Shown here: piece after piece, positions 49,186 through 59,600 of the stretch
How positions within the stretch are numbered: position 1 is the stretch's first letter
Layout: every line of letters starts with the position of its first letter
Assembly (NCBI GenBank): GCA_963663965.2
Contig: CAXXFK010000013.1
Coordinates: 96,001 to 160,000, forward strand
DNA from: Sedimentisphaerales bacterium
GTDB taxonomy: Bacteria; Planctomycetota; Phycisphaerae; Sedimentisphaerales; SM23-30
Direction of reading: 5' to 3'
Length of the DNA stretch: 64,000 nucleotides
Notes under the pieces: model-generated
The model's input: the letters and a program-made list of their open reading frames with translations, nothing else
What the model was told of the DNA's origin: nothing
Database searches by the model: none
Translations under genes and position numbers: made by a program

Positions 49186-51669
49186 ATGAGAACCCTTTCC
49201 ATTCTAATGATTATCTTAATCGGTGTTTCCTGTTTGAGCGCTGAGGCCGGCGTCCGGCCGGCGGGTGAGATGAGTAACGATACGATTGCCTGGATGAAGA
49301 AAGTGGGAGACTGGCAATTGACCCAGAGCAGCTGGGACAGCAGCACTGACTGGCTGCATGGCGCGCTGTTCGCGGGGATGATGGCGCTGTATGAGGCGAC
49401 CCATGATGAATTGTATTTGACGCGGTGCCGGGAATGGGCGGAGAAGTTTAACTGGCGGATGGCCTCGAATTCGTGGCATGGCGATAACAATGCCTGTGGG
49501 CAGACCTACCTGGAGTTGTATCTGCTGGATCAGGCCGATCCCATGCGATACGCTCACAGCAAGACAGTGAATGATGAGATTGCCGCGGCGATGCCGGTCT
49601 TCAATTGCGATATTTCCGGCGGCAGCAGGGTCTGGTGGTGGTGTGACGCCCTGTTCATGCACCCGCCGGTGATGGCCCGTTTGACCCGCGCGCTGAATGA
49701 CACACGTTATACGACCGTGATGCATGCCATGTGGGAAGATTGTCAGAATTGTCTGTATGATCAGGAAGACCATTTGTTTTTCCGGGACATTAACTATTTT
49801 TATCCGGAATATGCCTATAACGGCAAAAAGGTGTTCTGGGCGAGAGGTAATGGCTGGGTCGTTGGCGGGCTTTGCCGGGTCTTGCAGTATCTGGATGCGG
49901 ATGATCCGATGCGGACCCGTTATGAAACCTTGTTACAGGAGATGGCAGCCAGGCTGGCGTCGATCCAGCAGCCGGATGGATACTGGTACGCGAATTTACT
50001 GTCGCCGGAACAAACGAACTGTCCGGAGACCAGTGGGACGGGCTTTTTCTGTTATGGTATCGCGTGGGGGATTAATAACGGTCTGCTGGATGAGGCGACC
50101 TATGGACCGGTGGCGGAAAGGGCCTGGGACGCGTTGAAGGCGGCAGTGCGTGAGGATGGCCTGCTGGGCTGGGTGCAGCCGGTGGGTGCCGGACCGGCGG
50201 TGTCAACGGCAAATTCAACCCAGGTGTATGGTGTGGGCGCTTATCTGCTGGCGGGCAGTGAAATGCAGAAATATTACCATCGACAAGACGCTTCGGCGAT
50301 CGATTTTTATGATCGCTATGTTTCAGACGCCGGGCTTAGAGCCGTATGGCAGGATGGATCGGCAAACGGGACAACCGCCGAGATAACGCTGGGGAATTAT
50401 GGAGATCGTTTTATGGAATTAAGTTATCACAATGATCAAGCGCCCTGGCGGGCTGAAACGACTCTGGTGTTTGAGGCCGCACGTCATTTCAATGGCTGGT
50501 ATTATTTATCCTTGCAGGTTCGGGGAGATGCCGGTAACAGCGGAGAATCCGTTTATGTCAGTTTGGAAGATGCAGAGGGCGGGGTGGCGACCCAGATCAT
50601 GTCAGACCCTGCTGTTGTCCAGACCGCGGCCTGGACGGAGCTGGGATTTGCGCTGAGGGAATTTGCCGGGATCAATTTGAGCCGAATTGTCCGTCTGACA
50701 GTGGGGGTGGGGCAGCCTCAAGCCGTAACGAGCGGTGGATCGGGTATGATCCGAATCGACAGCATCCAGCTTGCGATGGAGCAATGCCGACCGACAGCTC
50801 TGGATTTTAACCAGGATTGCCGGGTGAACCTGGGGGATCTGGAAGTGATGGCCGGTCAATGGCAGGAGCGTTACGCGCAGATTGTCGAGCCGGAAGATCC
50901 GGGAACGGAGCATTTGAGCGCCTGGTGGGCGTTTGATGAAAGTGAAGGGGATCTGGCCTCCGACAGCAGCGGTCATGGATTGGTTGGCACTTTGTATGAC
51001 GGAGCGGTTATGGCGCCGGAATCCGGTAAAATTGGCGGGGCGGTTCGAATTTCGGGCAGCAGCAATACGGCCAGCCGGGTTGAGATTCCGGCTGATGCTT
51101 TGTCACTAAACGAATGTACGGTCGCCTTTTGGGTCCGGCCGGATCAAAATCAGGCGCCTTCAACGCGTTATCTGTTCGGGCATACCCGATTGAACAGCTG
51201 GGGGAATCGTATTCAGTTGTATATGGATAATGGTGATACCAATCTGGATCTGGGATTGGGTGGCTCCCATTCCGTTAAAACCGGTATTTATAACCTGCCG
51301 CGCGAGAGTTGGAGTCATATCGCGTTGAGCTGGGATGGAACGAATTATCAGGTCTATATCAATGGCCTGATAAAAGCCAGCGGCCCCTATAGCGTACTCA
51401 ATGAATTACAGGCAGTCGCTCATATTGGCAATGATGGGGGGAATGGTTTTTCCGGATCGAAGGTTGAGGCGTTTAACGGACTTATGGATGATGTCCGGAT
51501 ATACAACACCGTTCTGACCCAGCCGCAGGTTATGTATCTGGCCGAGACGCCGTTGCAAATCCAGATTGACCATCCGCGTCCGACCGATGTTTATCAGGAT
51601 GGCAAGATTGATGTGGACGATTTGAAGATTTTCATTGATGGCTGGGGTTTGGATACTCTGTGGCCTTGA
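49186..51669 (+). CDS. GH105 (GH88-like) unsaturated glycoside hydrolase + CBM-like + LamG + dockerin-like
   Basis: WWWCDALFM.PP, LF.RD, FWARGNGWV, ETSGT.FF.Y..AWG.N.G, YGVGA.LLA. Confidence 0.92.
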   Translation: MRTLSILMIILIGVSCLSAEAGVRPAGEMSNDTIAWMKKVGDWQLTQSSWDSSTDWLHGALFAGMMALYEATHDELYLTRCREWAEKFNWRMASNSWHGDNNACGQTYLELYLLDQADPMRYAHSKTVNDEIAAAMPVFNCDISGGSRVWWWCDALFMHPPVMARLTRALNDTRYTTVMHAMWEDCQNCLYDQEDHLFFRDINYFYPEYAYNGKKVFWARGNGWVVGGLCRVLQYLDADDPMRTRYETLLQEMAARLASIQQPDGYWYANLLSPEQTNCPETSGTGFFCYGIAWGINNGLLDEATYGPVAERAWDALKAAVREDGLLGWVQPVGAGPAVSTANSTQVYGVGAYLLAGSEMQKYYHRQDASAIDFYDRYVSDAGLRAVWQDGSANGTTAEITLGNYGDRFMELSYHNDQAPWRAETTLVFEAARHFNGWYYLSLQVRGDAGNSGESVYVSLEDAEGGVATQIMSDPAVVQTAAWTELGFALREFAGINLSRIVRLTVGVGQPQAVTSGGSGMIRIDSIQLAMEQCRPTALDFNQDCRVNLGDLEVMAGQWQERYAQIVEPEDPGTEHLSAWWAFDESEGDLASDSSGHGLVGTLYDGAVMAPESGKIGGAVRISGSSNTASRVEIPADALSLNECTVAFWVRPDQNQAPSTRYLFGHTRLNSWGNRIQLYMDNGDTNLDLGLGGSHSVKTGIYNLPRESWSHIALSWDGTNYQVYINGLIKASGPYSVLNELQAVAHIGNDGGNGFSGSKVEAFNGLMDDVRIYNTVLTQPQVMYLAETPLQIQIDHPRPTDVYQDGKIDVDDLKIFIDGWGLDTLWP

Positions 51670-51701
51670 TATACACTCTTTGAACACCTGCCGGCAGACG
51701 A

Positions 51702-52181
51702 TTATGACTGGTAAATCAATGCGTTGATTTCATCGCAATGCAATTTGAAATGACGAGGATAGTCCGTGACCATGTCATTGAGGGAGATTTTCTGATCGAG
51801 CGCAGAAATCCAGATATGATCGAGTTTGTCTGGATCGATATTTCTGATCACGTGCATGATATGCAGGTGGCTGTATTTCCATAGTTGCACCAGATGATTC
51901 CAGTCTTCGTGTTGATAATTCTGGATCGCGATCCAGCGGTCGTTGTTGCCAAGGTTGGCATAATCGGGGTACCGGCAGGGACTGGGTTGATATTGCAAGT
52001 GGATGATGCGATGGGTATTGTTGGAAGCGGAGTCGATCATATGGCCGAGGATTTGTTTGATCGAACGGTTCTGGCCGTTTTTACGCTGGGAGATTACTTC
52101 TTCGGATAGCCCTTGTAAACGGGGTTCCCAATGTTGGATCAGATGAATCAGATCCCGGCAAATGGATTCATAACATTCCAT
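51702..52181 (-). CDS. DinB family protein
   Basis: KQILGH.IDSASNN..R, DY..H...H. Confidence 0.85.
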   Translation of the reverse strand: MECYESICRDLIHLIQHWEPRLQGLSEEVISQRKNGQNRSIKQILGHMIDSASNNTHRIIHLQYQPSPCRYPDYANLGNNDRWIAIQNYQHEDWNHLVQLWKYSHLHIMHVIRNIDPDKLDHIWISALDQKISLNDMVTDYPRHFKLHCDEINALIYQS

Positions 52182-52286
52182 AGTAACTCCTTTGGATGGA
52201 TAATAAAATGAGAGACTATTACTACCAATTATGTTAATGTCGCGAACACTGAAATCAAGGGTAATTTTGAGGTGTCAATCACTGAC

Positions 52287-52318
52287 AAAAAAAGGCGCCC
52301 CCGGAATTACGGGGCGCC
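52287..52318 (-). terminator. Terminator after MCP
   Basis: GGCGCCCC/GGGGCGCC stem plus T7. Confidence 0.8.
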
Positions 52319-52349
52319 TGGTATCGAACCGTTTTGGCAGATTATCGAT

Positions 52350-54512
52350 TTAAACTTTAAATTGTCCCACCAGCGAATTCAATTCTTTCGATAGTTGGGA
52401 TAGTTGAGAGCCGGCAACCTGGGTTTTAGAAGCGCCCCGGGCATTCTGCTGGGCGGAATTGTCGATCTGATCTATGCTCTGGGTAATTTCGCGGGCGACC
52501 AGAGAGGATTGTTCCACGCCGGAAGAAACCTGTTCGGCGGCCGAGGCGCTCTGGGCGACATTTTGAGCGATTTCCCGGGTGGTAATATTCTGTTCTTCGA
52601 CAGCGGAAGCGATTGCGCGCGAGACTTCGTTAACATTCTTAATCACCTCGCTGATCCGATTAATCGCTGTTACGGATTCGCCGCTGGAGGACTGGATTGC
52701 GGCAATTCGCTGACTGATATCTTCGGTGGCATCGGCCGTTTGACGTGCCAGTTCCTTGACTTCGTTGGCGACGACCGCGAACCCTTTGCCGGCATCCCCA
52801 GCGCGGGCGGCTTCGATGGTGGCGTTGAGCGCCAGCAGGTTGGTTTGTTCGGCGATATCCTGAATCACTTCGATGACTTTACCGATCTGGTCGGCGGCTG
52901 AGCCCAATTCATTCATTTTTTCATTACTGGAATTGGCCAGCGTATACGCTTCGTCGGCGACTTTGGATGCCTGTTCGGCGCTGCGAGCGATTTCGTTAAC
53001 ACTGACGGTCATTTCTTCAACGGCTGACGCAACCGATTTGATATTTCCGGATAATTCTTCGGTGGAAGACGCCATTTGCGACATGGTTCCGGACATATCC
53101 CGGGCCGCCGAAGCTACCGTAGAAGATTGGCTGCTCATGTCAGAGACGCCTTCGACCATTTGTGAGGCGGTGTCTGTCAAATTCGTGGAGGACTCGGCCA
53201 GTGATGTGGCGTGCACGGCGATCTGACGGATGATGGTTTGCAGTTTTTCGATAAAAATATTGAACCAGTGAGACAGTTCGCCTATTTCATCCTTCGAGGC
53301 GATCTGTAACCGAACCGTCAGGTTGCCTTCCCCCTGGGCGATGTCCTTGAGGGTTTCGCTGGCTTTATTGATGGGTTTGGTGATTTTGGATGAGAACAGG
53401 AAGGTAACGATCGAAATGATTGAGCAGACAACAATCGCCAGGGAGATCATTTTACGGATCTGAGTATTGACACTGGCGGTGACTTCTTTGGATTTGGCGG
53501 CGATTTCCTTTTCGATATCATCGATATAGGCCCCGGTGCAAATTACCCAGTCCCATTCTTTGAAGTATTTGATATAGGTCATTTTGGATACGGGTTGTTC
53601 TTCGCCCAGTTTGGCCCATTTATACGAGGTGATGCCTTCGCCATCCGCCTGGGCGACTGCCAGTTGGTCCAGGAGTAACTGCTTTCCATCGGGATCGGTA
53701 TAAATGGGATCGTCGATGGCCGTGCCAATCAGGGAGGCCTTGGGATGCTGGATCATTTTTCGGGTCTGGGCGCTGAAGGTATAGAAATAGTCGCTTCCTT
53801 CTTTACCGTATCGGAAGGAATTGATATTGGCGAGTGTATCTGTCATAATTTCCTGTGAGGTTGCTTCCATATAGACGCCAGTCCCGATGATCCAACCCCA
53901 TGGTTCAAACAATTTGACGTAAGACAGTTTAGGGACAGGCTGGTCCTGGCCGGGTTTGGGCCACATGTAATCGACCACGCCTTCGCCATTTTCCCGGCAT
54001 ACTTTTACCATTTCAACGAAGAGTTTTTTGCCATTGGGATCGGCAAAATCGCTCAGATCCTGGCCATCCAGTTCCGGTTTCATGGGGTGCATGATCATCG
54101 TGGGGTGATTATCGTTGATCCATAGATACTGTTCGCCATCGTAACGCATTTCTTTGACCAGGTTCAGGGCGATTTGTTTCTGCTCATCATCGGGCAGATT
54201 GCTCATATTCTTCTGGACGGCGGCAATGGTATTGTAAGCGACGGAAATAACATCATTCAGGCGCTTTTGGTATATCTGGGCGATCCGATTGGTATCCTGG
54301 CTGCTTTTATAGGCGTGGTCCGTCACTTTCCAGGCATTATTCACCAGATTTGCCAGCATATTTTTGCGTTCCTCCATCAGGGTTTGCTGGATTTCATCCA
54401 CGCGTTCGTTCCCCATGCGTTTGACGGCCTGCACCGAGACGAATGTGGTCACGACGCCTAAACTGACAACTCCGGTGATGACCAGACTGACAAGTTTACC
54501 TTTGATTTTCAT
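52350..54512 (-). CDS. Methyl-accepting chemotaxis protein with tandem Cache domains and HAMP
   Basis: [43 protein letters not shown]. Confidence 0.96.
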   Translation of the reverse strand: MKIKGKLVSLVITGVVSLGVVTTFVSVQAVKRMGNERVDEIQQTLMEERKNMLANLVNNAWKVTDHAYKSSQDTNRIAQIYQKRLNDVISVAYNTIAAVQKNMSNLPDDEQKQIALNLVKEMRYDGEQYLWINDNHPTMIMHPMKPELDGQDLSDFADPNGKKLFVEMVKVCRENGEGVVDYMWPKPGQDQPVPKLSYVKLFEPWGWIIGTGVYMEATSQEIMTDTLANINSFRYGKEGSDYFYTFSAQTRKMIQHPKASLIGTAIDDPIYTDPDGKQLLLDQLAVAQADGEGITSYKWAKLGEEQPVSKMTYIKYFKEWDWVICTGAYIDDIEKEIAAKSKEVTASVNTQIRKMISLAIVVCSIISIVTFLFSSKITKPINKASETLKDIAQGEGNLTVRLQIASKDEIGELSHWFNIFIEKLQTIIRQIAVHATSLAESSTNLTDTASQMVEGVSDMSSQSSTVASAARDMSGTMSQMASSTEELSGNIKSVASAVEEMTVSVNEIARSAEQASKVADEAYTLANSSNEKMNELGSAADQIGKVIEVIQDIAEQTNLLALNATIEAARAGDAGKGFAVVANEVKELARQTADATEDISQRIAAIQSSSGESVTAINRISEVIKNVNEVSRAIASAVEEQNITTREIAQNVAQSASAAEQVSSGVEQSSLVAREITQSIDQIDNSAQQNARGASKTQVAGSQLSQLSKELNSLVGQFKV

Positions 54513-54990
54513 GTGTTCTCCTGCTTGAAATATGGTGTTGAAAATACAGCGACAATCATAAACCGGCGTGGAAATTTATGAGACGATCGGGCTCTGCCCT
54601 GAAAGTTACAATTTCAAAAAAAGGCTATCGCTCTATCTCAAGTCCAATAAATTTTGCTAGCCTGAAAAGCTTTTGCAATTTTTAGATCATTCAAAACAGT
54701 ATGATCTGCGGAAATAATTCATCCAATCGGGCTACCACAATTTCCCTTAACCGCTGCGGGTGATTTTCACACATTTTATCGGTTATTTCGAAAAGAGGAT
54801 TTATCGATAAATTGGGAATGATATTTTCAATAATGACAAATAAAGATTTGGGCAGAATCGTCTTTTATTGCCTGCTATGCTTTTAATTATAGGACTATAA
54901 AAGAGTAAGGATCCGTCCGATTAAGTCGTCAGCTGGGGATTGAGGAATGAATTGGGGGAATGAATTTTTAAAGGAACTGTATGAAACTCT

Positions 54991-55521
54991 TCAAAGGCGC
55001 ATCATCTGACGACTGAGCTCGCGATCCAGTTGCCGGGCCTGGTTTTGGGTCAGTTTGTTGAGCGCGGCCCAGAACCGGACGCCGTGGTTTCGATGGCGGG
55101 TATGGGTGAGTTCGTGCAGGAGGACGTAATCCTGAAGATGGGTGGGAAGGAAGATCAGGTTGATATTAAGGCTGATATCGTTGTTGGAGCTGCAGCTGCC
55201 CCAGAGCGTTTTTTGTTTGCGAAACGCGGCGCGTCGGTAGGGTAAGTTATATTGGTGCGACAATTCATCGAGACGAGCAAAAAGTTCTCTTTGTGCTTTT
55301 TCGAAATCGATCGTATCCAGATCGGGCCAGATGGTGTTATCGCGGATCCGGGTGTATCTGTCCAGATGTTTCTGGATCCATTCTTTACGGGATTCGGCGA
55401 ATTCACGGGCTTTTTCCAGAGAGACATTGCGGGGTACGGTGACTTTGACCTGCATGTCCGATCCGATCGAGATCCGGAGGTAGCGGGCGCGGTTCGATTT
55501 TTTGTAGATGATGGCGTTCAT
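54991..55521 (-). CDS. YgjP/DUF45 family metallopeptidase-like protein
   Basis: QKT.WGSCS, DYV.LHEL.H..H.NH...FW. Confidence 0.9.
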   Translation of the reverse strand: MNAIIYKKSNRARYLRISIGSDMQVKVTVPRNVSLEKAREFAESRKEWIQKHLDRYTRIRDNTIWPDLDTIDFEKAQRELFARLDELSHQYNLPYRRAAFRKQKTLWGSCSSNNDISLNINLIFLPTHLQDYVLLHELTHTRHRNHGVRFWAALNKLTQNQARQLDRELSRQMMRL

Positions 55522-55543
55522 AAGAGATTCGGATTTTAATGGG

Positions 55544-56521
55544 TCAGTTGTTCCGGGCGGCCTGGGTGATCGCATCCAAAACCCGCAGATTGTTGGCGGA
55601 ATCCCCGTTCATGGTATCGGTAGGCCGGCCATTGCGGATATGCGCTTGAAAGTGCTGGACGCAGGCGGCGTACATATTCACCGGCTGGATCGAATGCTGT
55701 TCGAGCTGGTCACCTCTATGTAAAGTAACCAGAGCGGCTTCTTTGGCGGTAAAGGGCTGGGCACTGAAAATCCGGCCCTGATCGCCGCCGATGACGAGTT
55801 GGCGGCCGCCGGCATGGTCGATCGCGCAGTCAAAGGAGGCGGTGATGCCATCGGGCAGTTCGAGCACTGCGGCAGTGCGCAGATCAACGCCGGTCGGTCC
55901 GAGGTACTGACGGGCCTGAACGGAAAGCGGCTCCATGCCTGACAGGGTACGGATGGCGTGAACGCAATAGCAACCGAGGTCGAGCAGGGCGCCGCCGCCT
56001 AATTCGGGATTGAACCGGATATTTTGGGGGTCAGCCAGAACAAAATTAAAACTGATAGCGATATGTCGGATATTGCCGATGGCACCTTCGGCCAACCACT
56101 GATGAATCAGGGTGTACTGATCATGGAAATGATACATGAATCCTTCGGTGAGCAAACGATTCTGCTGATGGGCGGCATTGACCATCGTTTCCGCCTGCCG
56201 GGCGGTAATACCAAGGGGTTTATCGCAGAGGACGTGTTTACCGGCTTCGAGTGCTGCTAGTGTCCATTCCAGATGGAGGCTATTGGGCAGCCCTATAAAG
56301 ATAGCGTTAACACGGTCATCCTGCAGCAATGCCTGGTAGTTGTCATAATTATGAGTGATATTGAATTCGTCGGCCCAGTTTTGGGCTTTTTTGAGATCGC
56401 GGCTGGCGATGGCGGCTATGCGGGCATCGGGGAGCGATTGAATGGCCGGAATCCAGCGCTGGCGGGCGACACGAGAACAGGGCAGGATGCCCCAGTTGAT
56501 GGTTGTAGATGAATCGGGCAT
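55544..56521 (-). CDS. Gfo/Idh/MocA family oxidoreductase
   Basis: AIASR, LPN..H, GKHVLC.KP, GGGALLDLGCY. Confidence 0.93.
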   Translation of the reverse strand: MPDSSTTINWGILPCSRVARQRWIPAIQSLPDARIAAIASRDLKKAQNWADEFNITHNYDNYQALLQDDRVNAIFIGLPNSLHLEWTLAALEAGKHVLCDKPLGITARQAETMVNAAHQQNRLLTEGFMYHFHDQYTLIHQWLAEGAIGNIRHIAISFNFVLADPQNIRFNPELGGGALLDLGCYCVHAIRTLSGMEPLSVQARQYLGPTGVDLRTAAVLELPDGITASFDCAIDHAGGRQLVIGGDQGRIFSAQPFTAKEAALVTLHRGDQLEQHSIQPVNMYAACVQHFQAHIRNGRPTDTMNGDSANNLRVLDAITQAARNN

Positions 56522-56662
56522 TCATTTGTTTCCATAGCTTTAGGGTTATTGGGCGTCATTATATGAAATGTGCCTGGTGAGATAAATGAAAAAAGCCCCG
56601 AATGAAATCGAGCATGCGGGGCGCAGTGAAATAAAATTGTCACACTGAAAGACGTTTAGCGG

Positions 56663-59600
56663 CTATTGATAGTCAATTAGCCAGATATTGCAGAGGACTT
56701 GCAGGTCAACGATATCCACCACGCCATCGGTGTTAAGATCGGTTTTGAGACAACTGGTCAGATCGCTGAGCATCCAGCAATGTGAGAAGGCGCTCAGGTC
56801 GTAAGTATTGATCATACAGTCCTGGTTGATATCGCCGGGGTAGTATTGAGCGTATTCATAGATGCCCATGTCCACAACGGCTTGGCCATCGCAATTGCCA
56901 TCGAACAATCGATTGGTGTTGTCCAGGTCGGTGGGTGGCAGGTCGATATAGTTATGACCCGTATCCACGCAGGGAGAGCCTTTGGCGAGGTGGAAGGGGG
57001 CGAGCGAATCAAATTGAGGATCCTGGTCGATATTGCCGCCCAGATCGGTTATGCCGGTGAGCAGCCAGTTGTCGCTGCTGCCGGAGCTTTCGATATCGCA
57101 ATTCTGAACACTTATCATTGAAGCGTCAATAACGAGTGGTTGACCGCTACTGTTCCATACTATACTGTTCAGCAATTGAAGCCGGCCGTCCCCGGCAGTC
57201 TGTACCGACTGCACAATGCCTTGCGACGTTGCCGCATTGTCATAAATGGTGCAGTTGTTTACGTTGACTAATCCGGACAGGCTGTGATATATCGCCCCTC
57301 CGTTTTGGGCCGTATTATTTCTCATCAGGCATTGGGAGATCGATGCTGACGACTGCTGTAATGCAAATGCTCCGCCATTCAGGCCGGTATTTTCGATGAA
57401 GAGACTGCGTTCGATAACGGAGGTGGCGTAGGCGCTATAGAGACCGCCGCCATTGCCTTGCGTGGCGACGTTTTGAGAGAAATCGCAACGGGTTATTTCC
57501 GGCTGGCCGTTGAAGACATAGATGCCGGCGCCGTTACTCTGGGTACAGTGGTTATCTGTTATCCGGCAATTCCGTATAACTGGGGAACCGCTATCGATAC
57601 AGATGCCGGCGCCGTTACCATGGACATGGTCAGGAGCCAGATCGTTATATCCATGAGTAATGGTAAAGCCATCCAGAATAGCGGTGTGGTCCAGAGCCAG
57701 GTCTTCGGTGTTATCAATGACGTGATAGCAGTTATCTGCCAGGCTGCTGGTACCAATATCACCGCTGAGAACCGTTAGATTACCGGTGATATCGCGCTGG
57801 GCCAGATCGAAGGTCTGGGGGTCTTCGTTACCGGCCAGGCCACCGATGAGGGCCACGCCGTTTTTCATCTGGAAAGAAGCGGTGCGAACATCGCCGGGAT
57901 CGAGCGGCGTCGAGGGAATATAGGTTCCGGCGGCCACCCAGATGGTGTCGCCGGGTTCGGCCAGTTTCAGGGCATTGGTCAGGTCTGTCAAGGCGTTGGC
58001 CCAGTTCAATCCGGTATTGCCGCCGGTCGCGTTATCATTGACATAAAAAGTCAATGGATGGGGGATCTGGAATTCGTAGGCACCGAGATCGATAAGACAA
58101 TCGCGTGGATTGCCATCGTAATCATCCGGCAGAGTTTCGGCGAATGAACCTTTATTAATACAGGGGCTGTTTATCGTGAGGCGCAGGTTGCCACCACCGG
58201 CGTCAACAAACATTGGATCGCTGTTGAGGTTTCCGGCGCCACCAGCCCCGCCGCGGATATCGGTGTAGCTGATCGAGTATGAACTGGAAGATGAATGGAT
58301 TTCTTTACCGGGGGTGTTATCCCATAATATTGAGTTCACGATCGTGGCGGTCGAAGAACTCAGGAAAAGGCCGTGGGCATTGAAGTTGAGGTTGTAGGTG
58401 ACCTGGTTATTCCACAGCGTGCAATTTTTAAGATCGATTTTGCTGCTGGAAGCGAATATGGCTCCACCGGAGCCGTATTGCCCGGCCTGGTTGGATGAGA
58501 ACACGGAATTACTGATGAGAAAGGCCGGGGTAGTGGAGAACGATTTGATATAGATAGCGCCGCCGGAGCTTATCGCATTGTTATTATGGAAATAGCAGGA
58601 CTCGATCCGGCCGGGTTCCGAGTCGAAGTCGTATTCCATATAAATAGCGCCGCCGTGGCCGTTGTTGGCCGTGGTCGCGTTGGAATCGAATCGGCAGTCA
58701 CGGATGATCGGACTGGAATGGCCAAACCGGATCGCGCCGCCGGTTTGGGATTCGTTGCCCGAAAACAGGCAGGATTCGAGCGTCATCGTGGAATTAAAAG
58801 CGCTGATCGCGCCGCCCTGATTGGTGGATTTATTGTTGGTGAATTGACAGTTGCGGATTGTCGGAGACGCGCTTTCGATGTAGATCCCTCCGCCGTAATA
58901 GTCTGGATAAGCCCCGTCGGCATTGCCGCGGGTAATGGTGACGCCGTCGAGGATGGTGTCGGGGCCGATGCCGCCGGCTTTGGCATAGAGTACATGATAG
59001 GCGTCGGCGGTGTCAAACTGGCTGTTTCTGTTCAGGTCGCCGCTAAGGGTGACATGGTAGCGGGCCGGATCACGGCTTTCCCACTGCGGGTAGCCGTATT
59101 GCCCGAAACCGCCGTACACGGCGACACCCGCTTTCAAAACAAAGCTCTGGTCGCGCTGACCGGAAGCGCCAGGATAATAGGTTCCCTGGGAGATCCAGAT
59201 TTCGGTGGACGGGACCGCGGCGCTGAGCGCGTCCTGGAGTCGGGTATAGGCATCATACCACGAGGTGCCGTTATTGGCGCCGGTGGCGTTATAGCGGACA
59301 TAAAGGACGCGCGCATATTCATCACAGCCGATATCGACACGGTTGCCGTTGACGCCGCCATTGACGATACGGGCGCCGCCGTCGAAGTCGATGTCGGGCA
59401 GAGCCGGCGCGGCATTCAGGCCGCGGTCGATGCAGACCGACGATCCGGTCAGGTGGAGATCGCCGGCGCCGGCGTCCAGGAATGACGGGTTGGCGTCGAT
59501 ATTGCCGACGCCGGGGTAGCCGCCTTCAACATCGCAATAAGAGACTATGAGCGTGCCGGAACCGGCGATCTGACTGTCAAAATTGTCCCAGAAGATGGTA

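Noticed and set aside
58586..59485. 299-aa + strand ORF
   Set aside because: Antisense shadow of the C10 peptidase
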